From: Clostridia bacterium
GTDB lineage: Bacteria > Bacillota > Clostridia > Oscillospirales > CAG-272
Direction of reading: 5' to 3'
Assembly: GCA_017621695.1 (NCBI GenBank)
Contig: JAGASP010000053.1
Span: 4,787 to 68,786 of the forward strand
DNA: 64,000 nucleotides
Made by a program: the position numbers and the translations under genes. Shown here piece by piece: positions 60,676 to 64,000 of this stretch. Within the stretch, counting starts at the first letter, position 1. Each line of letters begins with the position of its first letter. The notes under the pieces are model-generated. The model searched no databases. It worked only from the letters and a program-made list of their open reading frames with translations, and was not told the origin of the DNA.

Positions 60676-63177
60676 ATGAAAAAGTTTCACCTGATATCCA
60701 ACGCCCACATCGACCCCGTTTGGCAATGGGAGTGGGAAGAAGGCGCTGCCGCAGCCGTTTCCACCTTCCGCTGTGCGGCATCCTTCTGCCGCGAATTTGA
60801 CGGCTATATCTTCTGCCACAACGAGTCCCTCATTTATCGCTGGATAGAAGAATATGAGCCTTCCCTGTTTGATGAAATTCAAGAGCTTGTGAAGCTCGGC
60901 AAATGGCACATCATGGGCGGCTGGCACGTTCAGCCCGACTGTAATCTGCCCTCGGGTGAAGCCTTTGCCCGTCAGATCGCGGAGGGACGTAAATATTTCA
61001 AGGAAAAGTTCGGCAAAGCTCCCACCACCGCCATCAACTTCGACCCCTTCGGACACACGCGGGGACTGGTACAGATCATGGCCAAATCCGGCTATGACAG
61101 CTATCTCTTCTGCCGTCCCGGTGCCGATCAGTGTGCTCTGCCCGACGAAACCTTCACATGGGTCGGCTACGACGGCTCCAAGATCACAGGTCAACGTGCC
61201 GCCGAGGGCTACGGATCGGGATTGGGTCAGGCACTCAACGCCATACGCAGTGTAGAAGGACGCGACACCAAGGGTCGCCCCAACTTCCGTCTCTGGGGCG
61301 TAGGTGACCACGGCGGCGGTCCTTCCCGCCAGGACATCAGCGCCATCAACGAGTATATCAGGGAGTGTCGGGAAAAAGGCATTGAGGTGCTTCACTCCAC
61401 CCCTGAGGATTATTTTGCGGATGTCAGGGCTTATCTTGCAGAAAAGGGCGAGACCCTTCCTGAGCACAAGGGAGACCTCAACCTTTGGGCACCCGGCTGC
61501 TACACCAGCCAAGTGCTGATCAAGCAGAAATACCGTCAGACCGAGAATATGCTGTTCTCCACCGAAAAGATGTATGCCCAACTGACCACCCTCGGACGGG
61601 CAGACTATCCCGAAAAGGAATTCGGCGAGGTGCTCTACGATATGCTGACGGTACAGTTCCACGACGTTCTCCCGGGCTCTTCGGTGCGCCCCGCAGAAGA
61701 AATGGCGGTTCGGATGCTGGATCACGCCTTGGAAATTCTGTCCCGACTCCGTGCCCGCGCCTTCTTCGCGCTGGCGGAAAACCAACCCGCGGCTGCGGAA
61801 GGAGAGATCCCCGTACTCGTCTACAATCCCCATCCTTACGAGGTCACAGGGGACTTTGATTGTGAATTCATGCTGGCCGACCAGAACTGGAGCGACAGCT
61901 TCACCATGCCCTCGGTCTATCAGAACGGCGTATATCTCCCCTCGCAATGCGAAAAAGAGAATTCCAACATTCCGCTTGACTGGCGCAAGCGTGTGACCTT
62001 CCGCGCAACTCTTTCCCCTATGGCCATGAACCGCTTTGACGTGCGGCTCAATCGCATCGCCAAAAAGCCTGTTCCCGACGAGATCTTGCTGGGCGGTGAT
62101 GACCCCGAGTTCTTTGTATACAAGACCCCGTATATGACGGTAGAGATCGACCGCAAGAGCGGACTTCTGCATAGTTTTTCCGCCAACGAAACAAATTATC
62201 TCGGTGCAGGTGCCTGCGGCATTGACGTCATGCAGGATCTGGAAGACGCGTGGGGCATGACCAAAACCTGTTGGAAGAATAAAATCGGCGCATTCCGTCT
62301 GCTCTCCACAGAGGAAAGCACGCGCTTCTCCTCGCAGGATCAACCGCTCCCTCCCATCCGCATCATCGAGGACGGCGACGTTCGCACGGTGGTAGAAGTA
62401 ACGCTGGGATATGACCACTCCCGCGCTGTGTTGCGTTACAAGCTCTCCAAGCACGCCCCCACGGTGGACGTAGACCTCATCGTTCACAACTGTGAAACCC
62501 GAAAAATGTTCAAGCTCGCGTTGCCCATTGCCCTGTCCCAGCCCACACCCGCCTTTGAGGTCGCATTCGGTGAAGAACCCATGCGCACGGACGGAACAGA
62601 ATGCGTAGGCCACAAATATATCACCGTCACGTCTCCCGAGGGTGGCCGCTTGACGATTGATAATCAAGGCACTTACGGCGCATCCTATGAAAACGGACTC
62701 TTGTATATCACCCTGCTTCACAGCCCGGGATATACCACGCATCCGCTGGGAGACCGTCACGTGCTTCCCACCGACCGCTGGACGGAGCACATGGAGCAAG
62801 GCGAACGCCGCTTCTCCTTCCGCATCACAGCGGGTCAGAGCAGCGATACCGACATGGCACGCAAGGCGCTCGTCTTCAACGAAGCCCCCATTCCCCTCTC
62901 CTTCTTCCCCAAGGGCGGCAACACCGATGGGGCGATCTGCGGTGACGCTTCCTTTGCAACCCTGTCGGGGAATGCCGTCGTCATGACAGCGCTGAAGCCG
63001 ATGGAAAACGGTCTCATGGTACGCCTTTTCAATCCCTTGAACCAAGACACGGGTTGCACGCTTGTCTGCTCTTCTCTCGGCATCTCCACAAAGCTTGCCT
63101 TTACCCCCTACGAAGCCAAAACCCTGAGAATTACCTCGGACACCGTTGTGCATTGCTCCATGGATGAACTGCTTTGA
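60676..63177 (+). CDS. GH38-family alpha-mannosidase, cytoplasmic
   Basis: HLISNAHIDPVWQWEWEEG, GGWHVQPDCNLPSGEAFARQI. 833 aa. Confidence 0.9.
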   Translation: MKKFHLISNAHIDPVWQWEWEEGAAAAVSTFRCAASFCREFDGYIFCHNESLIYRWIEEYEPSLFDEIQELVKLGKWHIMGGWHVQPDCNLPSGEAFARQIAEGRKYFKEKFGKAPTTAINFDPFGHTRGLVQIMAKSGYDSYLFCRPGADQCALPDETFTWVGYDGSKITGQRAAEGYGSGLGQALNAIRSVEGRDTKGRPNFRLWGVGDHGGGPSRQDISAINEYIRECREKGIEVLHSTPEDYFADVRAYLAEKGETLPEHKGDLNLWAPGCYTSQVLIKQKYRQTENMLFSTEKMYAQLTTLGRADYPEKEFGEVLYDMLTVQFHDVLPGSSVRPAEEMAVRMLDHALEILSRLRARAFFALAENQPAAAEGEIPVLVYNPHPYEVTGDFDCEFMLADQNWSDSFTMPSVYQNGVYLPSQCEKENSNIPLDWRKRVTFRATLSPMAMNRFDVRLNRIAKKPVPDEILLGGDDPEFFVYKTPYMTVEIDRKSGLLHSFSANETNYLGAGACGIDVMQDLEDAWGMTKTCWKNKIGAFRLLSTEESTRFSSQDQPLPPIRIIEDGDVRTVVEVTLGYDHSRAVLRYKLSKHAPTVDVDLIVHNCETRKMFKLALPIALSQPTPAFEVAFGEEPMRTDGTECVGHKYITVTSPEGGRLTIDNQGTYGASYENGLLYITLLHSPGYTTHPLGDRHVLPTDRWTEHMEQGERRFSFRITAGQSSDTDMARKALVFNEAPIPLSFFPKGGNTDGAICGDASFATLSGNAVVMTALKPMENGLMVRLFNPLNQDTGCTLVCSSLGISTKLAFTPYEAKTLRITSDTVVHCSMDELL

Positions 63178-63193
63178 GGAAAGGATTTAACCT

Positions 63194-64000
63194 ATGAAGA
63201 TCAAAACCAAGGAGCTGACCTTTGAGGAGGTCATGTCCCTCCCTAAGCCCGAGCACAAAAAGCCCAAACGCCCCAACTGGCTTTTCAGAACCCTGGTCCG
63301 TGCCTTATCACAGGGAGATCTCATGGCCACGCATTTCAAATACACCAAGGATCTTTCGGGTGACGAGGACGGAGGCCCCTATCTTATTCTCATGAACCAC
63401 TCCAGCTTCATCGACCTCAAGATCGCATCTGCGATGCTTTATCCCATGCCCTACTGCATCGTGTCCACCACCGATGCTATGGTGGGAAAGGCATGGCTCA
63501 TGCGGCAGATCGGGTGTATTCCCACCCAGAAATTTGTCAGCGACCTTTCCCTCATCAAGGACATCAAATACGCACTCAAGGACAAGAAAACCTCGGTGCT
63601 CATGTTTCCCGAGGCGGGGTACACCTTTGACGGACGCACGACTACCCTTCCCTCCAATCTGGGCGGACTTCTGAAAATTTTGGACGTTCCCGTTTTGTTC
63701 ATTGAGACCAAAGGGGCGTTTGCCTACGATCCCCTTTACAATATGCTGCAGCACAGAAAAGTACGGGTCTCGGCGCATATGTCCTGCATCCTCAACCGCC
63801 GACAGATCAAGGAAATGTCTTCGGACGAGCTGAACGCCGCCATTCAGAAAGCCTTTTCCTTCGACCAATTTGCCTGGCAATTTGACAAAAAGATCGAGAT
63901 CAAAGAGTCCTTCCGTGCCGACGGGCTTGAGCGTGTGCTCTACAAGTGTCCGTCTTGCGGCAGTGAAACCCATATGAAGGGAAAGGGGATCCATATCACC
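63194..64000 (+). CDS. Lysophospholipid/1-acylglycerol-3-phosphate acyltransferase-family protein (3' end lies outside the window)
   Basis: HX4D motif NHSSFID and FPEAGY block. The frame is open to the window end. Not in the ORF track because no stop codon is reached. Confidence 0.8.
   Translation, partial: MKIKTKELTFEEVMSLPKPEHKKPKRPNWLFRTLVRALSQGDLMATHFKYTKDLSGDEDGGPYLILMNHSSFIDLKIASAMLYPMPYCIVSTTDAMVGKAWLMRQIGCIPTQKFVSDLSLIKDIKYALKDKKTSVLMFPEAGYTFDGRTTTLPSNLGGLLKILDVPVLFIETKGAFAYDPLYNMLQHRKVRVSAHMSCILNRRQIKEMSSDELNAAIQKAFSFDQFAWQFDKKIEIKESFRADGLERVLYKCPSCGSETHMKGKGIHIT

Noticed and set aside
1-64000. Search for prophage, integrative element, defence system, CRISPR, tRNA or rRNA.
   Set aside because: I found no integrase, transposase, recombinase, nuclease/helicase defence-type gene, cas gene, spacer array or cloverleaf-like sequence in the intergenic regions. 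The absence is based on reading by eye only and should be confirmed with tRNAscan, Infernal and defence-system HMMs.

Overview
This 64-kb window looks like a chromosomal segment of a fairly high-GC Firmicute. My guess is a Clostridia gut or rumen anaerobe, based only on Gram-positive lipoboxes, AGGAGG-type RBSs, extended -10 promoters (TGnTATAAT) and codon style; that is inference, not a database hit. I found no rRNA, tRNA, CRISPR array, transposase, integrase or phage genes.

Positions 1-42000 and 53000-64000 form a glycan-utilisation mosaic:
- Five AraC-family regulators.
- An L-fucose module: fucI, a GH95 gene and fucU.
- Two GH36-like, two GH43, one GH38 and one GH127-like gene.
- A CE15-like esterase and two other esterases.
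- A Gfo/Idh/MocA oxidoreductase.
- An expanded family of very large secreted glycoside-hydrolase-like proteins that I cannot place: two full copies, one partial copy at the window edge and one decayed remnant.

Positions 42300-52700 hold a cell-envelope module: an LtaS-like transferase, a YidC-TagF fusion protein, a small membrane protein, an ABC importer, a wHTH-LicC-type cytidylyltransferase and a MATE transporter.

The observations most worth a second look:
1. A duplicated promoter-leader cassette carrying tandem TATCTYR heptanucleotide arrays in the 5' leaders of three consecutive transcription units (53111-56464). Inverted copies of the array bracket an esterase gene.
2. A single ORF that fuses a YidC/Oxa1 insertase domain to a TagB/TagF-type glycerophosphotransferase. 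It sits beside an importer plus a LicC-like activating enzyme.
3. A Cys-containing tripartite C-terminal signal (G-C-small residues, TM helix, basic tail) behind acidic P/T/E linkers on three secreted proteins. No cognate sorting enzyme is visible in the window.
4. A regulator-plus-bidirectional-promoter module present twice, driving different cargo genes.
5. Several families of short interspersed, tandem or palindromic intergenic repeats.

All family assignments come from motif recognition by eye and need HMM or BLAST confirmation.
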